IMG/VR virus record: IMGVR_UViG_3300033998_000095
Location: 32,001 to 96,000 of that record
DNA from: a virus
Reading direction: 5' to 3' (one strand)
Length of the DNA: 64,000 nt
A program made the position numbers and the translations under genes. Below, in pieces: positions 21,988-31,563 of this stretch. Within the stretch, counting starts at the first letter, position 1; every line of letters starts with the position of its first letter. The notes under the pieces are model-generated. The model did no database searches and had not been told where the DNA came from. It was given only the letters and a program-made list of their open reading frames with translations.

Positions 21988-22875
21988 TTATGAAACAAGA
22001 GCAGATGTTGCTCCTGATCCCAATAGTGCTAAAATTGAAGATATTGATAATATTATACCAACTGGTTTAAACAATGCTTTAAGATACATAAGTTTCTCAT
22101 TAAGTTCTTCACTTAATCTATAAGCTATAACTGCCTTAAGAAATAAAACAAATAAACCACCCATGATTATATTAAGACTAGCTTGCTCATTAACAGTGTC
22201 TTCTTTAACAATAGTAAATGATATATTAGGTACTTCTGGTACTGGAGGAGTTAATTCTTCAGGAAGTGGTTCTGGTTCTTTTCCTAGTAGATTATTGTAT
22301 ATTTCTTTTGCATAATTTTTAATTTTACCCAACCAACTCTCTTTATCCTTAACATTGATAGATGTTAATTTTTCATTAGCTCTATTTAACCATATTGAAA
22401 GTGCTATCATTATAACACAAGCAGTCAATCCTCCAGTTAATCCAGCAAGCGATAAAGAAATTCCTGTTACTAATCCACCTACTGCTAATCTATCTACTAT
22501 ACCACTTTTAGATAATTTATCACCAATATATCTACCTACACTTTTAATAATATTATAAGCTAAATTAAGAGCAGCTTTGGCTGATTTTAAAATTAAAGTA
22601 AGAATTGACTTAAACCATTCTTTGTCTACTACATTTTCTATTTCTGCACCAACATGAGCATGTTTAATATATTCCTTTATTATGTTCTTAGGATTTTCAA
22701 GAACATTAGTAACTATTTTTTTACTGCTTGGGTATTTGTTTACAACATCATTTACAAATTCCTTAAAATTAGGAAGATCTACATTTAAGTATTTGCCTTT
22801 TTGTTTGGCATTCAATTCTACCTGTTGCATAATACGACTGCGTTCTCTTTTATCTGGTAGTGACATTTTTATCAA
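21988..22875 (-). CDS. Hypothetical protein with hydrophobic segments
   Basis: Gly-rich hydrophobic helices; SD. Confidence 0.55.
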   Translation of the reverse strand: MIKMSLPDKRERSRIMQQVELNAKQKGKYLNVDLPNFKEFVNDVVNKYPSSKKIVTNVLENPKNIIKEYIKHAHVGAEIENVVDKEWFKSILTLILKSAKAALNLAYNIIKSVGRYIGDKLSKSGIVDRLAVGGLVTGISLSLAGLTGGLTACVIMIALSIWLNRANEKLTSINVKDKESWLGKIKNYAKEIYNNLLGKEPEPLPEELTPPVPEVPNISFTIVKEDTVNEQASLNIIMGGLFVLFLKAVIAYRLSEELNEKLMYLKALFKPVGIILSISSILALLGSGATSALVS

Positions 22876-23074
22876 TGATTCCTCCCCTTTTCATTATATC
22901 AAAATAATAATCAGTATTGTAATTCATATTTGGTTATGATATAGTTTATTTAATTATATCATATTGTATCATTTATTTGTTACGATTTCTTTTAGAATAT
23001 GGAACAAATAATTGAATGAATGGGAACGAAATATAACCCAAAATAACAATAAATAATATAGGGGGTAATAAATA

Positions 23075-23848
23075 ATGGAAATGCAGGAAAGATTTTATGG
23101 AAATTTGGATAAGATACTTGTTGATGTAAAATCAGGAGATCTAGAAAAAATGCTCCAATGGATGAAAGAGTTTGGATTGACTACATTTGCTGCTATATCA
23201 GGTTTTCTAACAAGCATAATTAGTTCTTTAAAAGATATAGCAAGTAAAGGATTGGATACTATAAGTGGCGTCATCCCTGTGGATCAAATACCTAAAGGAA
23301 TAGCAACATTCTTTCAAAATGCATATGCTAGTCTTATGCAGGTACTAAGTAATGTAGTATCTCATCTAACTGGTGCTGCTAAAGCAATAGCTACAAACGT
23401 ACCAGCTACTGTAACTGTTGGTGCTGTAACTATATCAACTGCTCATCTTATCCTTGGTGGTGTTGCAGCTTCTGTAGTATTGCTAGCATTGTTTAAACTA
23501 TTTAATAATCTTAAGGCACAGCCATCTGAAAATACGTTTAGTGATGCTATGGATATATTTAATGAGATGCCTCTATTTGCAGAGAGTATTAGCAAACATC
23601 TATCTGAAGAAAATGGAGAACCATCCAAGATGGGTAAAGTTATTTCTACCATCCTTAATAAAGGTAAACAAATAGCAGATAAAGTTGTAGATATGCTCTC
23701 TTCTGGTGTAGATAAGTTGGAAGGTGCAGCAAAAGTACTGCTCAGTTCCAAAGCAGTGCGTATCTTGTTAGGAGTATGTGTTCTGTTGATTTCTGTTGGT
23801 TTTATGCTATTATTTAGTGATCAGGTCCAGAATTTAACTGCTGTCTAA
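23075..23848 (+). CDS. Hypothetical amphipathic/membrane protein
   Basis: 257-aa ORF, SD GGGGGT, two hydrophobic helices, followed by a terminator. Confidence 0.6.
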   Translation: MEMQERFYGNLDKILVDVKSGDLEKMLQWMKEFGLTTFAAISGFLTSIISSLKDIASKGLDTISGVIPVDQIPKGIATFFQNAYASLMQVLSNVVSHLTGAAKAIATNVPATVTVGAVTISTAHLILGGVAASVVLLALFKLFNNLKAQPSENTFSDAMDIFNEMPLFAESISKHLSEENGEPSKMGKVISTILNKGKQIADKVVDMLSSGVDKLEGAAKVLLSSKAVRILLGVCVLLISVGFMLLFSDQVQNLTAV

Positions 23849-23873
23849 ATTACTGTAAGAAGTAACAAAAAAT

Positions 23874-23908
23874 AATATAGCACTCAGGAAATACCTGAGT
23901 GCTATATT
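23874..23908. terminator. Bidirectional intrinsic terminator
   Basis: 15-bp stem AATATAGCACTCAGG/CCTGAGTGCTATATT between convergent genes. Confidence 0.85.
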
Positions 23909-23916
23909 TATTTGTT

Positions 23917-25650
23917 TTATATTAAAGTATCTATATCAACTTTCCATAAATCCTCTGTTTCCTCTTCATCAGTTGTGACTACTTCTTGCTCTTCTTCATT
24001 AATATCTTGAGTATTAACTGAAACTTTATACTTAGCTAATTTAACTGTGCTAGGATCTTCATCGAATATGATACTAATCCTCTCTGGAATATCAAACATT
24101 CTACAAACAGTATAATCAATCCTCATTAAAAATCTTATATTGCTAGGACCATCTCTATTTTTATCTATAATACCCCAAACTTCTTTATAGTTCTTATAGT
24201 TATCTGTATTGTTTAATATATCATCCACATCTAATGTATTATAATCAATTACAGTTTCTTCAACTTTAGAGAAATCAAATAGAACTAATACATCAGCATT
24301 TTCTCTCTTCCTAATAGAGCCAGCTATTTTATCTCCTTTTATGTTTTCACCATATCCACTTCTATTTACCTGTGTAACAGTTACAACAGGGATATTAAAT
24401 TCAACACTCATGGCTTTTAAATCATCTACAATCTTTCCTAGATCTATCCATTCTTGTCCAGTCTTACTCTCTGTGGTTGCTGCCAATTTATCAGCATAAT
24501 CTATAAATACTATCTTTATTTTAGTACCATATGTGCGTTCAATATCATTTATTAATGACATAATATCAAAAGTATTAATTGATCCAGGTGATCTCCATAC
24601 TATGAATATTTCAGTACTATTTGGCTTGACAAATACCTGATCATATTTTTCTTTCACATAATTATAGTTGTTTAATCTATAAGATGATTCAAATTCATGT
24701 TTGGCTATTCCAGTGGCACAACTTACAAATCTTGCCTGTGTTTCCTCTTTACCATTTTCTAATGTTAAATACAATACACCCCATTTTTCTGATTCAGGTA
24801 TATTGTCCAACTTTCTTCTTTCATCAAGAGATATCTTAGCAGTGTAAGCTAAATTAATTAATACTAGAGATTTACCTCCACCAGAAATACCTCCCATAAT
24901 GTAAACCCTTCCATTTTCAAAGCCACCATTAAAAGCATAATCAAATACTTTGTATCTAGTGGGTATATGCTCTTTATTAAGTTCTTGGAGAATATAATCT
25001 TCAAAATTAGAAGTAGAAAGACTTAGAATATCTCCTCTTGATAATTCACTTATTTTAGTTTTGACTACAGTCTCATCTATAATCTTATTAAAGATGCTCA
25101 TATATTCATCTAAATCTTTACATGTCTTGTAATCTTTAATGATGAAATTCATTAGCACTTGATGTTGTTCAAATATATTAAATAAACATTTCCTATATGT
25201 AAATTTCTCTTCAATAAGATTAATGACATCCATGGAAAGAACATCTTGAGCTACACAATATCTGGAAAGAATTTCGTTTTGAATAGATGCTAATCTTGAA
25301 TCTGATTGGAGTATCTTTTTGAAATCCTCTAAACATATATCTCCATCTATATACTTCTTTCTACTATCTATGCATTTATCAAGGATATTGACTGTAGCTG
25401 AAGCTATATCATCAAAAGCCAAAAATTTAATATTATATTCCTTTTCCTTTGATTTAATCATATTGATAAAGGTCTTGAATTCTTTGGCCAAAAGGGAAGC
25501 TATCTCCATAACATCTTTATCTGGTTTCTTACCAAAAGCACATCTAGTATAATATGCTACAAACTCATTACCCATAAATACTTTATCTGTTTCTATTATT
25601 CTTTTCAGTTCTTGAAACAACATATCTGGTGATATATTATCAGTAATCAT
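23917..25650 (-). CDS. Replicative DnaB/gp41-like helicase
   Basis: GGISGGGKS Walker A, YLTLEN, FIDYAD, TQVNR, IDKNRDG. Confidence 0.92.
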   Translation of the reverse strand: MITDNISPDMLFQELKRIIETDKVFMGNEFVAYYTRCAFGKKPDKDVMEIASLLAKEFKTFINMIKSKEKEYNIKFLAFDDIASATVNILDKCIDSRKKYIDGDICLEDFKKILQSDSRLASIQNEILSRYCVAQDVLSMDVINLIEEKFTYRKCLFNIFEQHQVLMNFIIKDYKTCKDLDEYMSIFNKIIDETVVKTKISELSRGDILSLSTSNFEDYILQELNKEHIPTRYKVFDYAFNGGFENGRVYIMGGISGGGKSLVLINLAYTAKISLDERRKLDNIPESEKWGVLYLTLENGKEETQARFVSCATGIAKHEFESSYRLNNYNYVKEKYDQVFVKPNSTEIFIVWRSPGSINTFDIMSLINDIERTYGTKIKIVFIDYADKLAATTESKTGQEWIDLGKIVDDLKAMSVEFNIPVVTVTQVNRSGYGENIKGDKIAGSIRKRENADVLVLFDFSKVEETVIDYNTLDVDDILNNTDNYKNYKEVWGIIDKNRDGPSNIRFLMRIDYTVCRMFDIPERISIIFDEDPSTVKLAKYKVSVNTQDINEEEQEVVTTDEEETEDLWKVDIDTLI

Positions 25651-25683
25651 AATATAAAAATACCTCCCTTTTATTTATCTTTC

Positions 25684-26673
25684 TTACCAAGTTAAATTAT
25701 CCATATGATCAATATTAATTCCAAATATATCTATAATTGGTTCTAGTCTCTTATAAATTGCAATATCAAGCATGGCATCTATATCTGGATAAAAAATAGA
25801 GGTATCTAAATTAACTCCTTCAGGTACTGTAATAACATCAATCTGATCGTTTTTAATTAGCAAACCCTCAACACGCATTTGCTTTAATTTCTTATCATAA
25901 TCTTTGATCTTGCTACCATCTACTTTACTTATAGTAAATGTATATCCTCTATCTCCTTCATAAAAGGTAGGACCATATATGACATTGTATATTTTCATGC
26001 CTCTTATAGTCTTTGTCAATACTTTATATTCTCTAGCACCCCATCCACCAGGAACTCCTAAAGTATAATCACCAGCCATAAGTCTGGTTTTATATTCATC
26101 TATATATTTGTCTATTAGATTTAAAATTTGAAAAGAGCTGTATTCTTCTCTTAATATCTTATCTATAACATCTTGTAACATCTGTTTAGTAAACCTTGGG
26201 AAATCTGCTCTAACCACCTCCATACCAGTGATACTTAGATTATCTATTTTCTTTCCTTCTTTGTTGATGATCCATAATGCATACTTCTTCTTTGCATCTA
26301 AGAACATAGCTCTCTTAATAACTAATTCCTCTTTAAATGTAAAGTTATATTTAGTGGCAAGCTCAGAATCACCAGCATTATGCCTTTTAAGCATTTCAGG
26401 AATGATATATTTATTAATATATTCAGAACAATTTCTAACAATCTTTAAAGTGGTTTCTGTCTTTTCATCTTCACTTATTGAATCATATTTATCACCATAT
26501 AATGACTTGAGCACTGGTTCAATAAAGAGAAACATTGAGTCAGTATTATGTACTAAAATGTCATTAGCAAAAAACATATGGTTATTATCAACTTCAATAT
26601 CATATACATACTCTGGTACATTATTTTCAATTTTCTCAACAGATGCTATTCTTTCCTTTACTATAGGCATCAT
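25684..26673 (-). CDS. polB: DNA polymerase B, C-terminal half, starting with the C-intein
   Basis: YVYDIEV...FFANDILVHN followed by TDSMF, KKKYA, GMEVVRAD; own SD AGGGGG. Confidence 0.92.
   Translation of the reverse strand: MMPIVKERIASVEKIENNVPEYVYDIEVDNNHMFFANDILVHNTDSMFLFIEPVLKSLYGDKYDSISEDEKTETTLKIVRNCSEYINKYIIPEMLKRHNAGDSELATKYNFTFKEELVIKRAMFLDAKKKYALWIINKEGKKIDNLSITGMEVVRADFPRFTKQMLQDVIDKILREEYSSFQILNLIDKYIDEYKTRLMAGDYTLGVPGGWGAREYKVLTKTIRGMKIYNVIYGPTFYEGDRGYTFTISKVDGSKIKDYDKKLKQMRVEGLLIKNDQIDVITVPEGVNLDTSIFYPDIDAMLDIAIYKRLEPIIDIFGINIDHMDNLTW
26545..26673 (-). other. Split intein, C-fragment (about 42-43 aa)
   Basis: Block F VYDIEV, block G LVHN, +1 residue Thr. Confidence 0.92.
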
Positions 26674-27005
26674 CTAGTACCCCCTATTCAAAATATCCAT
26701 ATATATTATTATAATGATATGGAGTAAAATCCATATCGATCATATAGCATTGCCACAGCAGAACCACCAGGCTCCCTAAATAATATATCACATCAGGAGA
26801 TATATATCTCCAAATATTTTTTAACTGTCTTTGTGGATTAAGTATAGCATAATATCTCTCACTTATCAAGCATATTAATATTAATAATCTCTTTAATGAT
26901 ATAAAAATTTACATATATATTATTATAATGAAAGAAGAAGTTTGTAGCTGTGTTTTACAGGCTTTTTCTTTCAAATATTTTTTTTACTTTTAGGGGGGTA
27001 TTATT

Positions 27006-27224
27006 ATGTTTAAGGTTGTAATTGAATCTTTATTTAATGATAGGTATGGGAAAGGTAAAAGGAAAGAATTCGTAGTATTAAGTAAAGCAGTTGCTATTCA
27101 AAAAGCAACTGCATTTAGTAAGCATTCTTGTGTAGAAGTTATCGATCACCATAAACAATGTATTGCTTATGGAGATCCAGTAGTAGGATTCAAGGAGATT
27201 GAGAGTTATGAGCACAATTTGTAA
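27006..27224 (+). CDS. Small hypothetical protein, first gene of the inserted cassette
   Basis: 72-aa ORF with G-rich SD; overlaps the next gene. Confidence 0.65.
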   Translation: MFKVVIESLFNDRYGKGKRKEFVVLSKAVAIQKATAFSKHSCVEVIDHHKQCIAYGDPVVGFKEIESYEHNL

Positions 27225-27540
27225 GATATATAAAGCAGTACTGTCAACTACAGTACTGCCAAATGATGGAATTTATCAGGTAAGAACTCTTGAAACCTTA
27301 CCTGATATCACAGGGGTGCCTCATTATATAGGACACCCTGCAACAAAAGCAATTGTAGAACAGCTTGGAGCAGTTGAAGCTTCCTCCAAGCTGTTCCAAG
27401 GATTAGATGTTGGAGAAGCAGCTGTATGCTTTGCCATCAAGCAAGGGAGAAGTACTAGAAAGGATGAAGGGTTCACAACTCCTCATCAAGAAGTTAGCAT
27501 TGATGATCTTTCTGTAAGAGAGATCATCAGATTAGAGTAA
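27208..27540 (+). CDS. DUF1874/AcrIII-1-like (YddF, STIV B116 family) putative cA4 ring nuclease
   Basis: About 110 aa; LSTTVLPNDGIY, YIGHPAT (catalytic GH), AVCFAI and terminal IIRLE follow the family pattern; SD AAGGAG before the ATG at 27208. Confidence 0.75.
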   Translation: MSTICKIYKAVLSTTVLPNDGIYQVRTLETLPDITGVPHYIGHPATKAIVEQLGAVEASSKLFQGLDVGEAAVCFAIKQGRSTRKDEGFTTPHQEVSIDDLSVREIIRLE

Positions 27541-27546
27541 TAGAAA

Positions 27547-27582
27547 ATGGAAATGATCTGAGAATACTCAGGTCATTTCCAT
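27547..27582 (+). terminator. Stem-loop/terminator after the ring-nuclease gene
   Basis: 16-bp stem ATGGAAATGATCTGAG/CTCAGGTCATTTCCAT with one G-U pair. Confidence 0.7.
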
Positions 27583-27606
27583 AAATACATAATTAAGAAT
27601 AAGGAG

Positions 27607-28116
27607 ATGATAGTGATGATATCAATGAAAAGGTTAACAAAATTATTTGTTTTATCTTTTATTATAAGCTACTTCTGTATAAATACAGGATTAGCATATG
27701 GGAATAATCTACATTTAGGAACAATTCCAAATGTAGATTATAAAATAGCTGAAAATAATGGTAATAATACTATCACCATCAATGAAAGTGGCTCATCTAA
27801 CATTGATGTAATATTAGATGAGTATGGTGATGTTTGTTTTAATATCAAAAAGATAAATCTCTATTTTACTGCAAATATATTTGCTGTATTAGATATCCTA
27901 ACACAGCTTGATGTTATTGAACCAGGTACATATAGAAATATGATTTTGGATGACAATGGAGTGACATTTGAAGTTGGTGTTAGCTCTGTGAAAAAAGATA
28001 ACGTCATGATGTGCATTAGTAATCAAGATATATCACTAATTCTAGACATTAAAACACCTAAACAGTTTCAATGTCTAGAAGATATAGAAAACAATATTCG
28101 CTCCTTATTTAAATGA
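27607..28116 (+). CDS. Hypothetical secreted protein
   Basis: Signal-peptide-like N-terminus MKRLTKLFVLSFIISYFCINTGLAYG. Confidence 0.6.
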   Translation: MIVMISMKRLTKLFVLSFIISYFCINTGLAYGNNLHLGTIPNVDYKIAENNGNNTITINESGSSNIDVILDEYGDVCFNIKKINLYFTANIFAVLDILTQLDVIEPGTYRNMILDDNGVTFEVGVSSVKKDNVMMCISNQDISLILDIKTPKQFQCLEDIENNIRSLFK

Positions 28117-28122
28117 ATAGAT

Positions 28123-28165
28123 AAAGATATCAAGCGTGATTAAACGAATCACGCTTGATATCTTT
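28123..28165. terminator. Bidirectional intrinsic terminator
   Basis: 19-bp perfect stem between the convergent polB N-half and the secreted-protein gene. Confidence 0.85.
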
Positions 28166-28193
28166 TATTTAAGTAATATATTTCACTATATAT

Positions 28194-31100
28194 TTATTTT
28201 TGGTTTGTCAATACAAGATCAGAATCCAATATTTCATTTGGTTTAACTTGCATTAATTGTCCATCTCTCTCAATCATAATAGAATGGTCTTCAGTTACAA
28301 TTAATTCTTTTCCACTTTCAGTTCTAATTCTATACATTGGTTTATTAACTTTATGTCGTGATATATTATTTATTGATCTATATACAGCATCAGAATCTTC
28401 ATATGTAAGTACTTTGTCATTTGCAAAGATATATTCTCTTCCTATATAATTCATAAGTTTGTATTCCTTATGCCTTTCAAATAGATCTTTGATTGGTATA
28501 CCTTCTGGATATTGTTCAGTATTTATTTTTGTATTTTCATCAACAGAATCACCATATACTATATTCTCCAGTACATCAGCATCGAGAAATCTTGTATCAA
28601 ATTCATATGGTTCAATATCCATCTTGTGAGCATCTCTCATTTTATTTAAATACTGATGAATATGATATGCACCCATTGTTACTATTTCTCTTCCAGATGC
28701 AGTTATAGTCTCTGCAGATGGAAAATGAAACAGTCTAAAATATTGATTAGCAATTCCACCATATAGTGAGTTAGTAAGAACCTTATAAGTAAATTGCCAG
28801 TTATTATATCTTTCTGCTAACATATGATTATTATTCTCAATAGCTTTAAACATTTCATTTTTATATCGTTTACGTTCTCTAATAAGCATATCTATAATTT
28901 CATAATAAACTGACAATTTCGTGTTATGATTGACATACATTGTACCCATTATTGTTATTATCAAATTGTGTTTCGTTATAGTCTCATGCAATTTCTGTAC
29001 TGTTATCTGTTTAACATTTAAGTTCTTATCTTCATAATTAATAAGTCTATCTGGTTGAGGTAATAATTCATCTCTATTATAGATATACTCACGAGCTATA
29101 TATTCATCTACCTTACCAACATAGGTGTCAATAGAAATATTATATCGTGCAATGATATATGGATACAGAGAAGAAAGATCCAAATCAGCCAACCAGTTAT
29201 ATAATCCTTTTAATGGTTTTCTTACAAAAGCACCTTTAAGCTTTTCTGTTTCCTGATCATTATCTTTATCATATTCATATTTTTTACATATAACTGTCTT
29301 ATTTTGTTTATCCAATGTTGTAAATAGAATACCATCTATAATTGGAAGTGTGCTGAATGATTCCTCCCAACTGATGTTGGTAGCTCTTATAATGTTAAAT
29401 TGAATATCAATATATTTAAGTTTATTGTCCAACTTTCTAACAAGATGAACATCATTAATATTATAAGCAATGAATCTATTGGGATCTGATAACCACATAT
29501 CATCAAATCGTTTGTCAAGAGACAATTTCTTTATACCAAGTTCGAATTCAGCAATAAATCCAAGTGTATATGATTCTCTTTTACTGAATGTTCTTTTCTT
29601 ATACAATGTTAAATAATCACATTCCACGACATATGGAATGTATGGTTTATTAGTTCTCTCATTAATAAAAATACGACCATATTTGTTTTTACATTCTATT
29701 CCAAGATATTGTGATCTATTAATAATAATTGGCCAGTCAAATGCTGATGAGTTCCATCCTGTTACAAGATCAGGATCTATTTCATCAAATTTTTGAATAA
29801 ACCCGTTCAACATCTTTCTCTCATCATTATATACAAATATTTCAATATTACATTCGTCTTTATATTCAAGATGTTTGATTATTTCTTGTTTATCAATGTT
29901 CAAATTGAATGAGTTGTTTATAAATGTATAATAAGTATCAGTATAGTTATCATACAGGGTTATCAACGATATAGCATATCTCTTTGCAGCTGCCATCATG
30001 TCATCAAGAAGCATCATATTGCCATTGAGAAACAATTCGATATCTATAGCAGCAATTCTTAATGGTTGTTCAGTCTCAGTATAAGTATTTCTAAACTGAA
30101 TATTCTTATATACTGATAGATTCATATCTCCAAAGACATTAAACCCTTTACTCTTCAAATCATTTATTACATTTACTCTATCTTTAAACTGTATAACCTT
30201 GAGCTTTAGTTTATCCTTGTATTCAACAGTATTATTTGATTTACCATAATATAGAGCATATTTATCATCTGTAGTATGAATTATTTTATCTTGTCCTCTT
30301 CTTAATATATAATTAACTTCAGATTTAAGATAATTGTATACTGTATTGACTAACATTATATTATCTGATGTATTACTTGTGGTATCAGTATCACTCTTAT
30401 TGTCATTAACTGTTTCATATTTAGTATTGTTAGGAATAGGAAATAACTTCCTCACATCATCAGTAGTATAAGACATATGTGGTTGAACATTATCTTTTGA
30501 TTCTACAGCATATCTTATTTGTTTTAACCTATTAGCAAAAATATCGTATCTGGACATATTTCTGCATATTGCTGATGGATGAATACATGGCAATAATAGA
30601 TGATCATTATATTTATATATCTTTGTCATAGCATCAGTTATCTTATCTGTTATACCAAATCTACTACATGGATAATTACCAAGTGGAACTATAACAGCAT
30701 CAGCAGGTAATTTAGAAATGATTAACTCTAGATTGTCAAAACAATATGCTATCTCATCTTTCATTGGTGGGTTTGATGGTTGATGAAAACATAAACAAAC
30801 ATTCATAACACCCCAATGAATATCATTAAAACCAGTATTATCTAATGTTTGTCTTAATAACTGTCCTGCACGTCCAACAAAGGGTTTTCCTTCTTTAATT
30901 TCATTGACAGCTGGTGCTTCTCCAACAAATAATACTTTAACTTGAGATATATCATTTGTTGTAAAATCAAAAATAGTTCTTTGTATATCATCTTTATTAT
31001 TAGATTTGCATAATGCACATTGTGTAATGAGTCTCTTTTCTATCTCATCTTTCAATGGAGAGATAGTATCTATAGTATCTTCAACATTGCAAGAAACAAT

Positions 31101-31484
31101 AGATTCTTGATTAAGATTTTCAGTATTATTATTTTTTGTCAATGTAAGATATGTTTTAATATCTTCTTCTGATAAATAGGGATGTTGGTGTTTTAATTGA
31201 TTTATTTCATCAGTAACTTTCTTTGATTTGTTTGACATATATTGTATCTGTTTAGATCTATTAATATTTCTGTGAAATTCAGATAATTTATCAAAAGGTA
31301 CATTTCGTGCAAGTATAGGATTAGTATTAATTAACTGATCTAAGTATATACAAGATAACACATCATCTTCAGATATATTTAATATCGTAGATATATTAAG
31401 TTGTTTAACTGAATCATCCAATGAATCAGTCTTATGTTGTATATAATAAATGTATTTAGTTAGTGGTGATAACTCTTTTGCCAT
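28194..31484 (-). CDS. polB: Uracil-DNA glycosylase (family 4)-fused DNA polymerase B, N-terminal half, ending in the N-intein
   Basis: UDG: CALC, VGEAP, GKPFVGRAG, NVCLC, HPSA. Exonuclease: DIE, GWNSSAFD, YNINDV. Polymerase: DLSSLYP, KVLTNSLYG, YGD, then intein sequence. Confidence 0.93.
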   Translation of the reverse strand: MAKELSPLTKYIYYIQHKTDSLDDSVKQLNISTILNISEDDVLSCIYLDQLINTNPILARNVPFDKLSEFHRNINRSKQIQYMSNKSKKVTDEINQLKHQHPYLSEEDIKTYLTLTKNNNTENLNQESIVSCNVEDTIDTISPLKDEIEKRLITQCALCKSNNKDDIQRTIFDFTTNDISQVKVLFVGEAPAVNEIKEGKPFVGRAGQLLRQTLDNTGFNDIHWGVMNVCLCFHQPSNPPMKDEIAYCFDNLELIISKLPADAVIVPLGNYPCSRFGITDKITDAMTKIYKYNDHLLLPCIHPSAICRNMSRYDIFANRLKQIRYAVESKDNVQPHMSYTTDDVRKLFPIPNNTKYETVNDNKSDTDTTSNTSDNIMLVNTVYNYLKSEVNYILRRGQDKIIHTTDDKYALYYGKSNNTVEYKDKLKLKVIQFKDRVNVINDLKSKGFNVFGDMNLSVYKNIQFRNTYTETEQPLRIAAIDIELFLNGNMMLLDDMMAAAKRYAISLITLYDNYTDTYYTFINNSFNLNIDKQEIIKHLEYKDECNIEIFVYNDERKMLNGFIQKFDEIDPDLVTGWNSSAFDWPIIINRSQYLGIECKNKYGRIFINERTNKPYIPYVVECDYLTLYKKRTFSKRESYTLGFIAEFELGIKKLSLDKRFDDMWLSDPNRFIAYNINDVHLVRKLDNKLKYIDIQFNIIRATNISWEESFSTLPIIDGILFTTLDKQNKTVICKKYEYDKDNDQETEKLKGAFVRKPLKGLYNWLADLDLSSLYPYIIARYNISIDTYVGKVDEYIAREYIYNRDELLPQPDRLINYEDKNLNVKQITVQKLHETITKHNLIITIMGTMYVNHNTKLSVYYEIIDMLIRERKRYKNEMFKAIENNNHMLAERYNNWQFTYKVLTNSLYGGIANQYFRLFHFPSAETITASGREIVTMGAYHIHQYLNKMRDAHKMDIEPYEFDTRFLDADVLENIVYGDSVDENTKINTEQYPEGIPIKDLFERHKEYKLMNYIGREYIFANDKVLTYEDSDAVYRSINNISRHKVNKPMYRIRTESGKELIVTEDHSIMIERDGQLMQVKPNEILDSDLVLTNQK
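28197..28547 (-). other. Split intein, N-fragment (117 aa)
   Basis: Begins SVDENTKI directly after YGD; block B LIVTEDHS; ORF stops after DLVLTNQK. Confidence 0.92.
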
Positions 31485-31563
31485 GAATTAAAATCCCCCA
31501 TCATATAATAATCATATAGACAATGTTTTATTTAACTAAACTTGGCAAGAAGTCTCCCATCTT

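Noticed and set aside
26684-26869. 61-aa minus-strand ORF upstream of the polB C-half
   Set aside because: TTG start without a convincing SD and no motif; may be promoter or leader sequence.
26674-28193. Group I/II intron or homing endonuclease separating the polB halves
   Set aside because: Both halves carry intein fragments; the gap holds opposite-strand genes and terminators and no LAGLIDADG, HNH, GIY-YIG or RT motif.
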